Origin: Octopus bimaculoides
Lineage: Eukaryota
Length of the DNA: 64,000 nucleotides
Assembly: GCF_001194135.2 (NCBI RefSeq)
Contig: NC_068987.1
Span: forward strand, 96,472,715 to 96,536,714
Direction of reading: 5' to 3'
Positions 13,033-26,940 of this stretch are shown piece after piece. Below the pieces are notes generated by a model that did not search any database, was not told where the DNA came from, and saw only the letters and a list, made by a program, of their open reading frames with translations. Every line of letters starts with the position of its first letter. Position 1 is the first letter of the stretch. The translations under genes were made by a program, and so were the position numbers.

Positions 13033-13416
13033 TGCTTTAAATCTCTGAGCAAGACATATACAGTAACAATACCAAATAATAAAAGTTTATTTGCCAACAT
13101 AATGTGGGAGTCCTATACAAGGATGATGTTACTGTTATTTAACCCTAGGAAGACATCTTTTCCAGTTGGCTACTGGCACAAACCTAGGTTTCTAAGTAGT
13201 TACCCGTCCTCAGTAAGGCTACAGATGGGAGCAATGACCCCCTTGCATATACTCTATGGGCACAAATTGTGTCTCAGTCACCAACTGGAAAAGGTGTTTT
13301 CCTAGGGCTAAATAACAGTAACATCATCCTTGTATAGGATTGCCACATTATGTTGGCAAATAAACTTTATTATTCAGTACTGGTACTGTATATCTCTCGC
13401 TCAGAGATTTAAAGCA
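13033..13416. repeat. Foldback element, arms ~140 bp, spacer ~105 bp
   Basis: tgctttaaatctctgagc...tccagttgg versus ccaactgga...gctcagagatttaaagca. Confidence 0.85.
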
Positions 13417-13554
13417 CGTGGTTTTTTTTTTTTGTTTAAAAAATAATCTTGCATTTAATTCTAATGAAGTTAGAGTAATGCTTAGCAAAAATTGAAGACA
13501 AAACTAAAATGAGAAAAATTTAGATTAATGGTTGTAATATGGTATGTTTATTCT

Positions 13555-13880
13555 TTTATTCTTTTACTTGTTTCAGTCATGTGACTGCGGCCATGCTGGG
13601 TCGCCACATTTTAGCTGAACAAATCGACTCCTCTAACAGTTTCTTTTACTGAACCACGAAGTTACAGGGATGTAAACAAGACAACACCGGTTGTCAAGCA
13701 GTGATGGGAGGTCAAACACAAAGACACACACATACATGATGGGCTTCTTTCAGTTTCCGTTTACCAAATCCATTCACAAGGCTTTGGTCAGCCTGAGGCT
13801 ATAGAAGAAGACACTTGCCCAAAGTGCTATGCAGTGGGACTGAACCCAGATCCATGTGGTTGAGAAGCAAGCTTCTTACC
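13555..13880 (-). mobile_element. SINE family B
   Basis: Reverse complement of consensus. Confidence 0.8.
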
Positions 13881-14249
13881 ACAGCCATGCCTGTGCCTGC
13901 TTACTTAGGATTGTTTGAATTTCTTTCTACAAAGGGAAAATTTCTAGGAATGGCTAACCATTTTCCCAGCATATCTTTTCTGGAGTATATATTACAAGAA
14001 ATTTCCTTTTATTTAATAATCAAAATATTCAGTTTATCAAAAAGTGAAAAAATTAATGAAGAGGATAATCATCATCATCATCATCATCATTTTGATGTTC
14101 ACTTTTCCATATTTGCATGGGTCAACCATAATCTGTTGAGACAGATTTTCTTCAGTCTGATGTCTTTCCTGCCATCAACCTTCACTTGTTTCCAAAAGAA
14201 GTAACATTTCTCCTTGGTCAAACATATTTTTCATAGGAGAATAGAAATA

Positions 14250-14510
14250 AACATCACTTGTATGTCAGTGACACCCATTTACAGCCATCACATGATGTCA
14301 AAACAAGGGTAGACTCAAACATGCACAGACACACACAAATACACATATACAATGAGCTTCTTTCAGTTTCTACCAAATCCACAAACAAGACTTTAGTTGG
14401 TTGGCCTGGGGCTATAGTAGAAGACACAAGCTCAAGTTGCCACACAATGAGACTGAACCCGAAATCATGTGGGTGGGAAGCAAGCTTCGTAATCAGAGCC
14501 ATGCCTGTGA
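14250..14510 (-). mobile_element. SINE family B
   Basis: Reverse complement of consensus. Confidence 0.72.
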
Positions 14511-15354
14511 TCAAATCATTTAAAAAATTTCAAAGCTAACGGGGGAGGGGGAGGGGCTATGAAAACAAGGATTTAACAACTGAAGTATTTTGGAACATTG
14601 AGTTTAATAAAAAGTAAAAATATAATTTTTCTACACCAAGGATTATAAGATGTAATAATAAAACAGATAAAACTAAGGTTGATGAAATTTCATAGCATAC
14701 ACTCAAGCAATAATCCATACGAAACTAGCAGAGAAATGTTTGTATTGGTAAACAATGTTAACTCAGATTCTTGATGAACTTAATGAAGTTGTTATCCCCT
14801 GGGAAATAGCTGAAGAAAACTTGTACAAATTCTAGAAACAATTTCACTATAAAATCTATGTTAATCATTTCTGTGATTACATAAAAAAATGTTACCCAAA
14901 GCTTTCATAATTATGAGAGTCCAACAACAGCACAAAGGACTAAATATATCATTAATACCATTGCTCTGAGTTCTGTAGAGGCAAAAAAAGGACTTTCAAT
15001 AATCACCATATATCTTCCGATAAAAGAAATTGTCTTGAAGTTAAAAATGCAGTGAATCTTTTGGTGATTAGTTTGACTGGCTTTCCATTGAATTTGTGCA
15101 ATTGTCTGTATTCTGCTCAAATGTGATTGAGGAGAAGAAAAAAATTACACAGTTGATGACGGTGATAAAGAGTTAAACATACATACAAGTGATAAAAATA
15201 TGATGATAATCAAGTTTCAATATGGAAATACTGAAAGCATGATGCAAAGTAAAATTATTAGCCACAGAAACAAAAAAAGTTGGTGATGTAATGGAAAAAG
15301 AATCAATTCTTGAAAATTTTTTAATCCTACAGTTATATATGTATATATATCATC

Positions 15355-15640
15355 ATCATTATTGTTTAATGTCTGCTCTCCATACTGGCATGCGTTGGAC
15401 GGCTTGACAGGAGCTGGCCAGACAGAAGCCTGCACCAGATTTCTATGTCTGTTTTGGCATGGCTTTTACGGCTGGATGCCATTCCTAACACCAGCCACCC
15501 TGCAGAGTGGGCTGAGTGCTTTTTATGTGGCACATGCATAGGTGAGATCAGTTTTGGCATGGTTTTTACAGTTGTATGCCTTTCACCAGCACTGGCAGGG
15601 TCACCAAGTAACTTGCAGGACAAAGATCCTTTAAGAGGGA
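15355..15640 (-). mobile_element. SINE family D-related copy
   Basis: ctccatactggcatgcgttggacgg..ggctggatgccattcctaac. Confidence 0.7.
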
Positions 15641-15973
15641 AGGGTGGTATTGGAGGAGGTGATCTTGAGTTAGATCATGGAAGGTTAGAGTGTGACAGAG
15701 AGAAACAACAGGTGTCTTGTTGTAGAGGAGGTATGTGGTTATCTGGCCAGAGAGAGAGAGAGAGAAAGAGAGATGATGGTGTTGAAGTATCATATAACAC
15801 AATGTTTGTCTAAAAAGAAACCAGACTTTTAAACCTACAAGCCAAGCAGTTACATTCCAAGAATTGCCCATGTTCTGTATAAAGATGATTCCAGACCAAA
15901 GAGTAGAATTTTGTGAGCAGTACTTGGCAAGATGTGAAGAAGATGCACACTTGCTAACAAAGACTGTTAAGAG

Positions 15974-16150
15974 CAGTGGTTCTCAACTGGGCTTCACATG
16001 GCCCATGAGGGTTCATAGAAGATTTTTGGGGTCCAAACAACAAAATAATAAATTGGGAATCCACAATAGTATTTTGAGGGCCCCTGAAAAAGTTTACTTT
16101 AGATGTATGTTTCGGTATGTTTCTTTAACATTTTGCATAGTTCAGAGGGA
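15974..16150 (+). mobile_element. hAT-type MITE left-end remnant
   Basis: CAGTGGTTCTCAAC terminus; no right TIR seen. Confidence 0.45.
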
Positions 16151-17799
16151 CTTTGTCCGATTGAGTGGACAGAAACATTTAGTCAGCTGGAGTGGAAAAA
16201 GAGACTTGATCAGCTGGAGTGAACAGAGTGACTTATTTACCAGAGGGACTTGGTTACCAAAGTAGACAGATTGACTTGGTTAGCAGGAGAAGGAAAAAGG
16301 GAGATTTTTAAAACTTACTCTGAATTCAATTATGTAATAAATAAATAAAATTTCTTGTTAATTCCTAAACAGAGAATCTGGGTGAGGAAAGATAGAGTGG
16401 GGCATTATGGGAAGAAGTAAGAGAGAACTAGGAGCAGAAAGAATCCAACAGACAAACAGACGGACTGATAAACAGAGAAACAAGTACTCTGAAAACAGCT
16501 GAACTCAAAGCGATACTTGTACAGATTTTATTTTGAGGAAGAGGAGAAATTTATCAATTTCCAGACAACTGATTCTCGAGCTAAAATACCAAAATGTTAA
16601 CCTGAATACAAATATATCATTCATACTATAGCAAGAACAATAACAACAACACTAAAACTAGATGACTGTTTTCCCATTGTTACCATCACTGGTTACAAAA
16701 ATAAAGAAATAAAAGAGAAAAGGTCATAAAAATCTGTTGACATTATTAAGAGGTGTTTATAAAATATTGTGAGTGTGTGTGTTTGTGTGTGTGTAGTGAA
16801 AATGATGGCAACAATAATTAGCCACATGATTACGGACAAAACACTCAAAACATACACAAACAAAAAATATATTAAAAAAAACAGAGATCAGAGGAAGAGG
16901 AAGGAAAGATAGATGGAGAACAGGATGGAAGAAGAAGATATATATATATATATATAGATATATATATATATATAAATATCTCTATGTGTGTGTGTGTATA
17001 TATATANNNNNNNNNNNNNNNNNNNNNNNNNNNNNNNNNNNNNNNNNNNNNNNNNNNNNNNNNNNNNNNNNNNNNNNNNNNNNNNNATATATATAAAGCA
17101 TATAAAGTGAGAAAGAGGGAGAGAGACAGAGAGGGTGTGATTTCCGAATCTATGAGGCAATTAAGTATTACTAATTAAATTGTCAACTTCAACCATATTC
17201 TCTTTAATTATTATTGTCGGAAGTCACTAGATCTTCAGGGAGGAGAGCAGAAAGGGTGGTAGGTTGGAGGGAATAATTTACAGGATGATGTAGAATTGCA
17301 GCCCCTCCTTCTCACCATTACCCCCACCAACACTCTTGCTGCCTCCACTGAAATCATAGCTTCATTGATGTACAATGGAAGACAATAACCAACACTGACA
17401 GCAACAACAGAAGCATTATCATCATCATCATTGTCCTTATGGACACCAGCAGCAATAAGAACATTACTTTTAACACTGCTTTTATTATCACCCACTGTTA
17501 ATAATGCAAAGTCAACCAGCCACTGCTATTAACAGCCAACTAAAGAGCATCTACATTCTTCACCTGCTAGATATAGCAGTCAAATGTTTACTCAAATCAT
17601 ATCCTACCATACTAAAAGTACAAATAGATGTTGCAAACTGTAGTCTCAGATATAGTGCATATGAAAACAAAACATAAATGGGATAGTCATGGGTGGCATG
17701 TTTTGGTCATACATCCTCCTGAATCAGGGCTAAACAATTCCACAACAACAACAATACAAATAGGTCATTGTAAGAATTTGTCATTTACTCAAGCCCTTC

Positions 17800-18080
17800 A
17801 CTCCCTATAGAGGACCATCAATTTTTTTCCACTTTTCTCATATCTGGACTGCCTTGTCTACTTCTCTCCATCCGGATTGCTGCTTTTTCAGCTCTGCCTC
17901 ATTATCTCACTTCCAGCTATTTTTATGGCATCCTCTCTTCTGTGTCCCTTGTGGGTTTCAGAGCAGGGCCTCACATGTGATGCAGGATGTTGGTTTCCTT
18001 AATGTACGGTCTATCCATCACCTCTTACACTTCAGAATATGTTCTTCATTTCAGGTTTTACCGTGCTGCAACATATTTCC
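17800..18080 (-). mobile_element. RTE-clade LINE 3' coding fragment
   Basis: Minus strand resembles WIGHTLRKP.SCIT.EAL.WNPQGTQKRGC.K.SWK.DNEAELKKQQ.GW.EV, a typical RTE C-terminus. Confidence 0.72.
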
Positions 18081-18319
18081 CTGAGAGAAGGCCTTCTTCT
18101 TCCAAGTCTTGTTGGTTTTGGATTGTCATTGATGCTTCTGTAACTTAGCCTTTTTCCTAGGTGCAGCTGTTGGTCCTATGCAAAAGCATTTTTACCATTG
18201 AAAAGAGGTGGTCTATATTAGACTGACCTCTAACCTTTGACCTGTCCAATATGAAAGGCCCTAACAGGAGCTTGTGGTCTACTAACATAGCTCTTAGAGT
18301 CTTTGAGGCACAGAGCCAC

Positions 18320-18570
18320 TGTGGATGTGCGTGGTTTAGTGATTGGGGTGTTGGACTCATGATTGTAAGATTGTGGTTTCAATTCCTAGACTGGGCGACA
18401 CTTTGTGTTCTTGAGCAAAATACTTTACTGCATGTTGCTCCAGTTCACTCAGCTGGCAAAAATGAGTAATCCTGCAACAGACCAGCATCCTGTCCTTGTG
18501 GGGAATATATACACCATGAAACTAGGAAACCGGTCCTTATGAGTCAGTATGACTTCAGAAGGTAACTAAG
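18320..18570 (+). mobile_element. SINE related to family C (different 3' end)
   Basis: ggtttagtgattggggtgttggactcatgat..gtttcaattcc..gtgttcttgagcaaaatacttta. Confidence 0.65.
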
Positions 18571-19404
18571 AACTTTGACACAAGCCAGTACCACTGCAAC
18601 AAAGATCGGATCTTGTGGTGGCTACTTGGTCATTTGACCTTCTAGAAATAGGAGCCAAATATTCCTCAAACCACATTCTACTTAATATCTTCAAATCAGA
18701 CACATGTGATAGTATAGTCAAAGATACATTATATCTGTAAAACAAAAAAAGTAGGCGGTGAAAGCTAGAACATCACTAGACAGAGGTTAGTGATGTTCTA
18801 CACATATACATACATATACAACTAGGGAAAGAGAGAAAATTGGTAAATTACTGTGAGAAATCGTATAATCAATTCTCTCAATTATATATATATATATATC
18901 TTTAGTAGTTTGCTTTAATGCAATGTACATTTCCAGATATTTCAGTGTTTAAATCGACATCCTACTTCTAAGCAAAGGTAGGCTAGATTGTTGGAAACAT
19001 GAGTTCCATAATATTTGAAAAGTGACAGAAACCAATTATTGGTAATTCAGGTATTTCAAATACATTTAATGATATACATGTTTCAAGAGGTTATGTAGTT
19101 ATGCACTTTCCAGTTATTTCAAGTAAAATGTGTTTATGTATAACACAAACCTGTGTATATGTTGCTATGTATATCCTGGTTTTTACATTAGGTTCACTGT
19201 ATCTATGCATCTTCTAAGAAATATTTAAAACAATTGGTGTCAAGAAAGACATCCAACTGTAAAACACTACCTCAAAATGTTCTATCTAACCCATGCAATT
19301 TTAGAAAAGAAACATAAAAATATTGATGATGTTGATAAATCAAGGAAGGAAGAGCAATATCCATGACCTTTGTAAGCTCTCTCTCATAGATTGGTGGCAG
19401 TATT

Positions 19405-19672
19405 CATCATCATCGTTTAACATCCGCCTTCCATGCTAGCATGGGTTGGACGATTTGACTGAGGACTGGTGAAATTGGATGGCAACACCAGGCTCCAATC
19501 TAATTTGGCAGAGTTTCTACAGCTGGATGCCCTTCCTAACGCCAACCACTCAGAGAGTGTAGTGGGTGCTTTTACGTGTCACCCGCACGAAAACGGCCAC
19601 GCTCGAAATGGTGTCTTTTATGTGCCACCCGCACAAGAGCCAGTCCAGGGGCACTGGCAACGATCTCGCTCC
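19405..19672 (-). mobile_element. SINE family D 3' part, ending ...ccaacccatgctagcatggaa.gcggacgttaaa(cgat)n
   Basis: Very similar to 44760-45060 and 46595-46735. Confidence 0.8.
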
Positions 19673-19689
19673 ATTTTGAAGAATTATTA

Positions 19690-20330
19690 GTTAATGTTTG
19701 AGGTGGAGAATAGTGCAAACAAGGAGAAGGAAGGACTAGGAAAAGGGTTCCATACCGGGGTGTGGAGGTGAATGAAACCATATGTGGGTGATAGGGCAAG
19801 GGGAAATGAGGATATAAATGGGTGTGGCTAGAGGAGGATGCAAGTAGTTCAGAGTAGTAGAAGAATGAAAACTGATGGGTAAAAGTGGACGCAATGTATC
19901 TGTGAGCTAGTTAATGTCTCATGAGTGAATCACAGCTATTTTGTTGAATGAAACTTTTAGAAATGGTCTAGAATGTTTGTGTATGTACAGTAGTAGCAGT
20001 GCCATCCCATATGCATCAGCAGTACTTTAGTGTGGGTCTTACTTGTATTTTGTAAAGGGCCAGTAGGATCTTGGGACTGAAGTATTTCCAGTGATGGGAT
20101 TTTATTGTTATGTAGGGATGGAAGCCATAAACAATTTTAAAGTCTGGCTCTTATAGTGACTTTGAAACTTTTAGTTGTATTGTTCATGACTAGAGACAGT
20201 GTAGTACTAGTCTGTTTCCTGGATACTAACATTGATTGTGTCTTTGTGATGATGAAAGAGACAAGGCTGGTGTGTGCCCATTGTAGAACTATATTCAGTA
20301 AGGATATTAGTTTTGTAGAAGTTCTCAAAG
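19690..20330 (-). mobile_element. CR1/L2-type LINE 3' RT fragment
   Basis: NIVLQWAHTSLVSFIITKTQSMLVSRK (W...LV.FN..KTQ motif); MVSFTSTPRYGTLFLVLP resembles SF.PRT..LWNSLP. Confidence 0.65.
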
Positions 20331-20371
20331 GTTATAAGTCATTAATAAGTAGTAAGTGTTTAAGCTGCCAG

Positions 20372-20530
20372 TAGGTCTAACTCTAGCAAATCGACCCCAG
20401 GACTTATTCCTTGTAAATCTAGTGCTTATTCTATCAATTTCTTTTGCCAAACCACTAAGTTATGGGGATGTAAAAGCACCAGCATCGGTTGTCAAGCGAT
20501 GTTGGAGGGGACAAACACAGATGTACAAAC

Positions 20531-20561
<31 letters not shown>

Positions 20562-20720
20562 GCTTCTTCCAGTTTCCGTCTACCAAATCCACTCACGAGG
20601 CTTTGGTTGGCATGAGGCTATAGTAGAAGAAACTTGTCCAAGATGCCACGCAGTGGGACTGAACCAGGAACCATGTGGTTGGTAAGCAAGCTACTTACCA
20701 CACAGCCACTCCTGCACCTA
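20372..20720 (-). mobile_element. SINE family B, near full length
   Basis: Head ggtgcaggagtggctgtgtggtaagtagcttgcttaccaacc. Confidence 0.85.
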
Positions 20721-21196
20721 TATGTATATATATTTTCTCAAACTGAAATAAAAATGGAGTGATGGGACATGAGAGCGAGAGAAAGGGGGACAGAGTTTGC
20801 CAAGGATGCATGCTAATTTTAGAGCACACTGATTAAAGGTGATGGAGAAGACACTGAGGGAAAGTTGGGTTGGAGTAACTGAGGGATTTTCTGCATGTAA
20901 TGACCATATGTATGCCCATATTACCCATGTGTATTTCCTTTTGAGTAGAGATATACATGTATAAGCATGCGTATGAACAGAAGTGCTTATGGCTGTGTTT
21001 AGAAATGTTTATACATGTGTGTATCCAGAGAGATAGCTAGATTGACATGAATGTTTATATGTATAGGGGGTTGTATAATCAAAAGAGAGTGTAAAAGAAT
21101 GTGCATGCCTGTTCATTTGCATATAGGTGTTTATGAATAAATCCATAAAAGAATGGTTTTATCAATATGCATGTGTGTGAAAAAAGATTTTATAAG

Positions 21197-22019
21197 AGGT
21201 GTGCCTTTATATACATATGTATATATATATATATGTGCCTTTATATATATATGTATATATATATATATATATATGTGCCTTTATATATATATGTATATAT
21301 ATATATATGTGCCTTTATATATATATGTATATATATATATATGTGCCTTTATATATATATGTATATATATATATATGTGCCTTTATNNNNNNNNNNNNNN
21401 NNNNNNNNNNNNNNNNNNNNNNNNNNNNNNNNNNNNNNNNNNNNNNNNNNNNNNNNNNNNNNNNNNNNNNNNNNNNNNNNNNNNNNNNNNNNNNNNNNNN
21501 NNNNNNNNNNNNNNNNNNNNNNNNNNNNNNNNNNNNNNNNNNNNNNNNNNNNNNNNNNNNNNNNNNNNNNNNNNNNNNNNNNNNNNNNNNNNNNNNNNNN
21601 NNNNNNNNNNNNNNNNNNNNNNNNNNNNNNNNNNNNNNNNNNNNNNNNNNNNNNNNNNNNNNNNNNNNNNNNNNNNNNNNNNNNNNNNNNNNNNNNNNNN
21701 NNNNNNNNNNNNNNNNNNNNNNNNNNNNNNNNNNNNNNNNNNNNNNNNNNNNNNNNNNNNNNNNNNNNNNNNNNNNNNNNNNNNNNNNNNNNNNNNNNNN
21801 NNNNNNNNNNNNNNNNNNNNNNNNNNNNNNNNNNNNNNNNNNNNNNNNNNNNNNNNNNNNNNNNNNNNNNNNNNNNNNNNNNNNNNNNNNNNNNNNNNNN
21901 NNNNNNNNNNNNNNNNNNNNNNNNNNNNNNNNNNNNNNNNNNNNNNNNNNNNNNNNNNNNNNNNNNNNNNNNNNNNNNNNNNNNNNNNNNNNNNTATATA
22001 TATATATATATATATGTGC

Positions 22020-22056
<37 letters not shown>
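21197..22056. repeat. Compound TA minisatellite [tgtgccttt(TA)n tg(TA)n], unit ~35-40 bp, with a large N gap
   Basis: At least five units before the gap and one after. Confidence 0.9.
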
Positions 22057-22057
<1 letters not shown>

Positions 22058-22549
22058 CATTTCAGTATTATGTATCCTTTTGTTTGTGGATGAAGGAACA
22101 TAAACGTGTAAGCATATGTGAAAAAGTGTAAAACAGATAGTGTCTTTGTATGTGTGCAGGATGTAGGTGTATGTATTGTACATCAAAATAGCTGTGTGTG
22201 CGTGTGTGTACATGTGATAGTATGTACCTAAGAGTATGTGTGTATGTTATATGCTGTTATGGTTGAATGTATGTGTAAAGGAGTTTGCCTGGGCATGTTG
22301 TGTATGTATGCATGCAGGTATAAGAAGGGCAATTTATGGAAGCATCTACAGAAAACCATTTTGAAAATGTTAATAAAATATAAAAACCAATATCAACTCT
22401 GCTCTTCTTCAACCCACTAACGACCCTCTTTCCCTCCACCCTTGAAAGCCCCTCACTCTCAGCCTAGTCAGTGGCATCAATCAGAAGTTATGGTGGAGTA
22501 AAACTGTCAATTGGAACTAATTCAGCTGTTGCACATACATTAACAAAAG

Positions 22550-22990
22550 ACAGAGAGTGGAGGAGGACAATGAGGAGGAGGATAAGGTGGAGGAGATGGG
22601 CAGGTGATGATGGTTGAGTGGTGGTAGGGAGAGGGGAAGTAATGATGGTGAGTGGTGGCAGCAGTGTTGGTGGGGGTGGAAGGGGCAGTTATGATGGTGA
22701 CAATAGCAGCAGCATTGATAACTGTGATGTGATAATCATAGTGGTGGTGGTGGCAGAGGAAAGAGTGATGACAATTGTGATGGTGGTAATGATTGTGGAG
22801 ATGGTGATGGTGGTATTGACACACACAGTGGTTAACATTACCAACAGTAAAGATGCTCTTCATATTTAATCCACAATAAAGTGGATGAAATCAGTGGTAA
22901 TGGTCATGAAAGTCACAGATGATGATGGAAGTAGCAATGAGAATAATGGTGGTTCTGGTGATGATGGTATCTATAAGCAGGAGGAGGAGC
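22550..22990. repeat. Degenerate trinucleotide (GGT/GAT/GAG) low-complexity tract
   Basis: Purine-rich runs of gtg, gat and gga; source of spurious His/Val-rich ORFs. Confidence 0.8.
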
Positions 22991-23589
22991 AGACAGCTGC
23001 ATCAAAGGGTGCTTACAAACTGTTCTTGTTCTTTAGCCCCAGGTCAGCAGTGACTGAGCAGATCTATGGTCAATGGTGTTCCAATGGTGGCCATTTCTTC
23101 TTTTACTCAAACATTGTGCATCTCATGTATCATTATCCAATATGTCCTTCCTTTTTTTTAAGATGGTTGGCCGTAATTGAAGGGAGATTGGGTTGCTTTT
23201 TTTTAAACAGGTCTAGTGGCTGCATACAGGCTCCTTATTGGCTCACGAAAAGCAGGTGATGATATGAAGTGCTGAACATAAAGAAGAGAATGGGGGAGTT
23301 GTTGAAGAAGCTGGCTACAGCTGGCCAGTTGATTCAATCAAACCCAGTATATCATACACACTTTCTGTCTATCCTCCAAGTATTTTTGAACATATGAAAA
23401 TTAAAGTTTCCAAGCTTCCCTAGACAATAGGTGAGTGAGTAAGTGAGTGAAGAGTAAGTAAGTGAATATACATATGATATTTTGTGACGTTTTTGCAGCT
23501 TTGATATATATATTTATTATATAGATATATATAAACAAAATGTTGACAGTGACTCCAAAGTTTTTCCCAAGATAAGCGTACTTGCTGCA

Positions 23590-24175
23590 TGATTTTTTAT
23601 CGACCCCGAAAGGATGGCAAGCAAAGTTGACCTTGGCAGGATTTGAACTCAGAGTCTAAAGAGCCAGAACAAATACTGCAAAGTATTTTGTCTGATACTC
23701 TAATGATACTGCCAAATACTGCTACTACTGCTACAATTACTACTACTATTGCTACTACTACTACTAATAATAAATGAGATGGTATATAAAAACATTTTAG
23801 GAAGTATACATGATATACAATAAATCAAAGAAAGAAAGTACACATAGTATACAACAGTAAAAAAACAGAAAGGTGATAGTGATGTGGTCTTCCTGAAATA
23901 GGGGGGCCTCTAGGGATAACTAAGAAACCCCTCCACCCAAAATTTCCCTGAAATGATAATGATTTCAAATTTTGGTACAAGGCCAGCAATTTGGGGGGAG
24001 GAGTAAGTCAATAATATTGATCCCAGTACTCAACTGGTACTTATTTTATCAACCCTGAAAGGATGAAAGACAAGGCTGACTTCAGCAGAATTTGAACTCA
24101 GAACGTGGAGACAGACAAAACGCCACTACGCATTTTGCCTGGCTTGCTAACAACTCTGCCAGCTCACCACTTTTT
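23590..24175 (-). mobile_element. SINE family A copies (~23590-23715 partial, ~23960-24175 full)
   Basis: Same consensus. Confidence 0.78.
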
Positions 24176-24482
24176 TCCTTGAAATAATAATATGACCAGC
24201 GGTTGATATATCCTGCTTGGTCAAAAGAAATCATTCATTTCTGGACTAAGTGTGAATAAGTCTGAAGTGACTCAAAAAATTAACCCAGCTGGTTATGTAC
24301 CGTGTGGCTATCAAAGAAACTGTATGAAGACCTAACCAGTTGATCAGCATTGACAGCGGGAAGCTCAACAGCTGGTCAACATGACAGCAGCTCACCAGGC
24401 ACTGCTTGGAGACAGTCACAGTTTGCTATGAAATAATAATCAAGGACACCAATGAGAGGATAAATCGCTGATGTACTTTCAA

Positions 24483-24706
24483 CCCTTTTGAGGCTTATCC
24501 ACCTGAAACTGCCCATGGTTCTAAGATAAAAAAAAACTTGTGTTAAAGCGATCTAAATTAAAGTCTTCTCTCGAAATTTCATGTTAATTCATGTTCCCAA
24601 CACCAACTTAATGACAACAATGTTACTTTTATTAAATTCTTCCTTATTTTCAAAGTTAATTGAAACAAAAGCAGTGTGTTTCAACAGGAATATGGTATTG
24701 AAAGGG
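24483..24706. mobile_element. piggyBac-type MITE, older
   Basis: tcaa|CCCTTTT ... TATTGAAAGGG|TTAA. Confidence 0.55.
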
Positions 24707-26902
24707 TTAAAATGTCAGTGAAAAACCCTAGTGGAGGGCAGTGGTGGAATGACTTCTTATGAACTTATAGGATGCTGATGAAGTATGGCACATTGGTCAT
24801 CTGGTCTAACACAAATGTAAGTGCAATCAATAGATGATAAGGATTATGTCCAAGAAAAGAAAAGAAAAAAAAACTGAGTAAAATGGTAAAGGAGGAATTC
24901 AAGGTTAAGTGTGTTACTCTAGCACAGACCAGGGAAAGAAACCTTAGTCTGCAGAAGAGAGCTGTGGTCTCTTTTTCAAAATAAGTTTAGCTCATAACTA
25001 CATGCTATTACGCTATAAATGAAGCCAGAGTTTTTAGATTGGGGCTTGTTAACAGTAGCTTAAAAAAGTCGATTTAATCTGTCTGGGAGTGGTTAAACAA
25101 CACACAAAAAATGGAAAAAAAAAAGAAAAACCACCACCACTACTATTACACTGCCAATCAGCACAAGACCAGCACCACATCATCATAGCAAAGTGTAGGA
25201 TGGCATCAGAAAGTTGTTAACCATCAGATCACAAAAAAACAATAAATGCAAATGGAATTTTAGGTGAGAACAATAAAAGTATCATATTAAAATTAACTAG
25301 GAATCTCTCTTTCATTCTTTCTTTCTCTCTCACACACAGATTATCTCTCATAAACACATAAGCCTCAAGCATCCCACTGAGGTGTGCTTTGATGATAAGG
25401 TGAAATAAAAAGAATATATATACCTATTTACAATGAGAATACCACCACCACCACCACTACCACCACAACCTACTAAAAACAAGATTTACTACATTTCCCA
25501 ACAATAACATGACCACCATCATCAACTATGATCAACAACAACGGCAGTACTACTGGCAAGTACCAACACTTGCTAGAAATAGCTGCCAAATCATCCACAA
25601 ATCACAACACTGCTGTCTTGAAAAAAAGTGAAAGACATAAAAATTGGATTGTCATGGCTGGAGCTGACTTTTGATTAAACACCAACACTGATATCATCAC
25701 CACCAACAATAAAAACAACACAAACAATAACCAACATCAACAATTGAAAATAACTAAAATACAATTTAAGATTAAAAAAACAACAATGACAACGACACTC
25801 CATCAACTTAATGCACCAAGATAATTAAAGATTTTCTTTTTATTTCACCTTTGAAGTTTATCTCTGGATAAAGTGAACCCACGTGGTGGTGATGCAGATT
25901 TTTAAAAACATCATCTAAGAGCATCGTCTATACAGACATGCACGCGTGCACACACACACACACACACACACCAATGTGAGAAGAATTGCCACCAAGTGTG
26001 TGTGGATGTGTGCATGCATGCATGTCATCATCATTTAACATCCATTGTGCACGGAATGGATGGTTTGGCCAGAGATGGCAAGCTGGAAAACTGCACAGGG
26101 CTTCATATGTATATATCATCATCATCATTTAATGTCCGCTCTCCATGCTGGCATGGGTTAGACAGTTTGACTGGAGCTGATGAGGCAGAGAGTTGCACCA
26201 GCTTCCAGTCTGATTTGACAGTTTCTACTGCTGGATGCCCTTCCTTACGCCATATATATATATATTGGGTTGTCCAGAAAGTTCGTGCTGATTTATAGTA
26301 GCTTACCTTTCAACTTATTTGCCATGAAACCACCTCAATTCTGGGAAGAGGGTATTTTCAAGTTAAAGGAAAGATAGAGACACATTGTACAGCAAAATGA
26401 TTCATATTTGGTTGATTAAAAATGTAATGGCAAGTATTCATTGACCTTTTTCTTTCCTTTAAAAATAGGCACGAACTTTCCGGACAACTCTATATATATA
26501 TATATNNNNNNNNNNNNNNNNNNNNNNNNNNNNNNNNNNNNNNNNNNNNNNNNNNNNNNNNNNNNNNNNNNNNNNNNNNNNNNNNNNNNNNNNNNNNNNN
26601 NNNNNNNNNNNNNNNNNNNNNNNNNNNNNNNNNNNNNNNNNNNNNNNNNNNNNNNNNNNNNNNNNNNNNNNNNNNNNNNNNNNNNNNNNNNNNNNNNNNN
26701 NNNNNNNNNNNNNNNNNNNNNNNNNNNNNNNNNNNNNNNNNNNNNNNNNNNNNNNNNNNNNNNNNNNNNNNNNNNNNNNNNNNNNNNNNNNNNNNNNNNN
26801 NNNNNNNNNNNNNNNNNNNNNNNNNNNNNNNNNNNNNNNNNNNNNNNNNNNNNNNNNNNNNNNNNNNNNNNNNNNNNNNNNNNNNNNNNNNNNNNNNNNN
26901 NN

Positions 26903-26940
<38 letters not shown>

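Noticed and set aside
21153-22131. Long 250-330 aa ORFs here and at 26416-26967, 41662-42183, 45676-46060 and 54551-55534
   Set aside because: Artefacts of N runs and TA microsatellites.
22540-23259. His/Pro- and Val/Gly-rich ORFs
   Set aside because: Products of trinucleotide low complexity; no splice or domain support.
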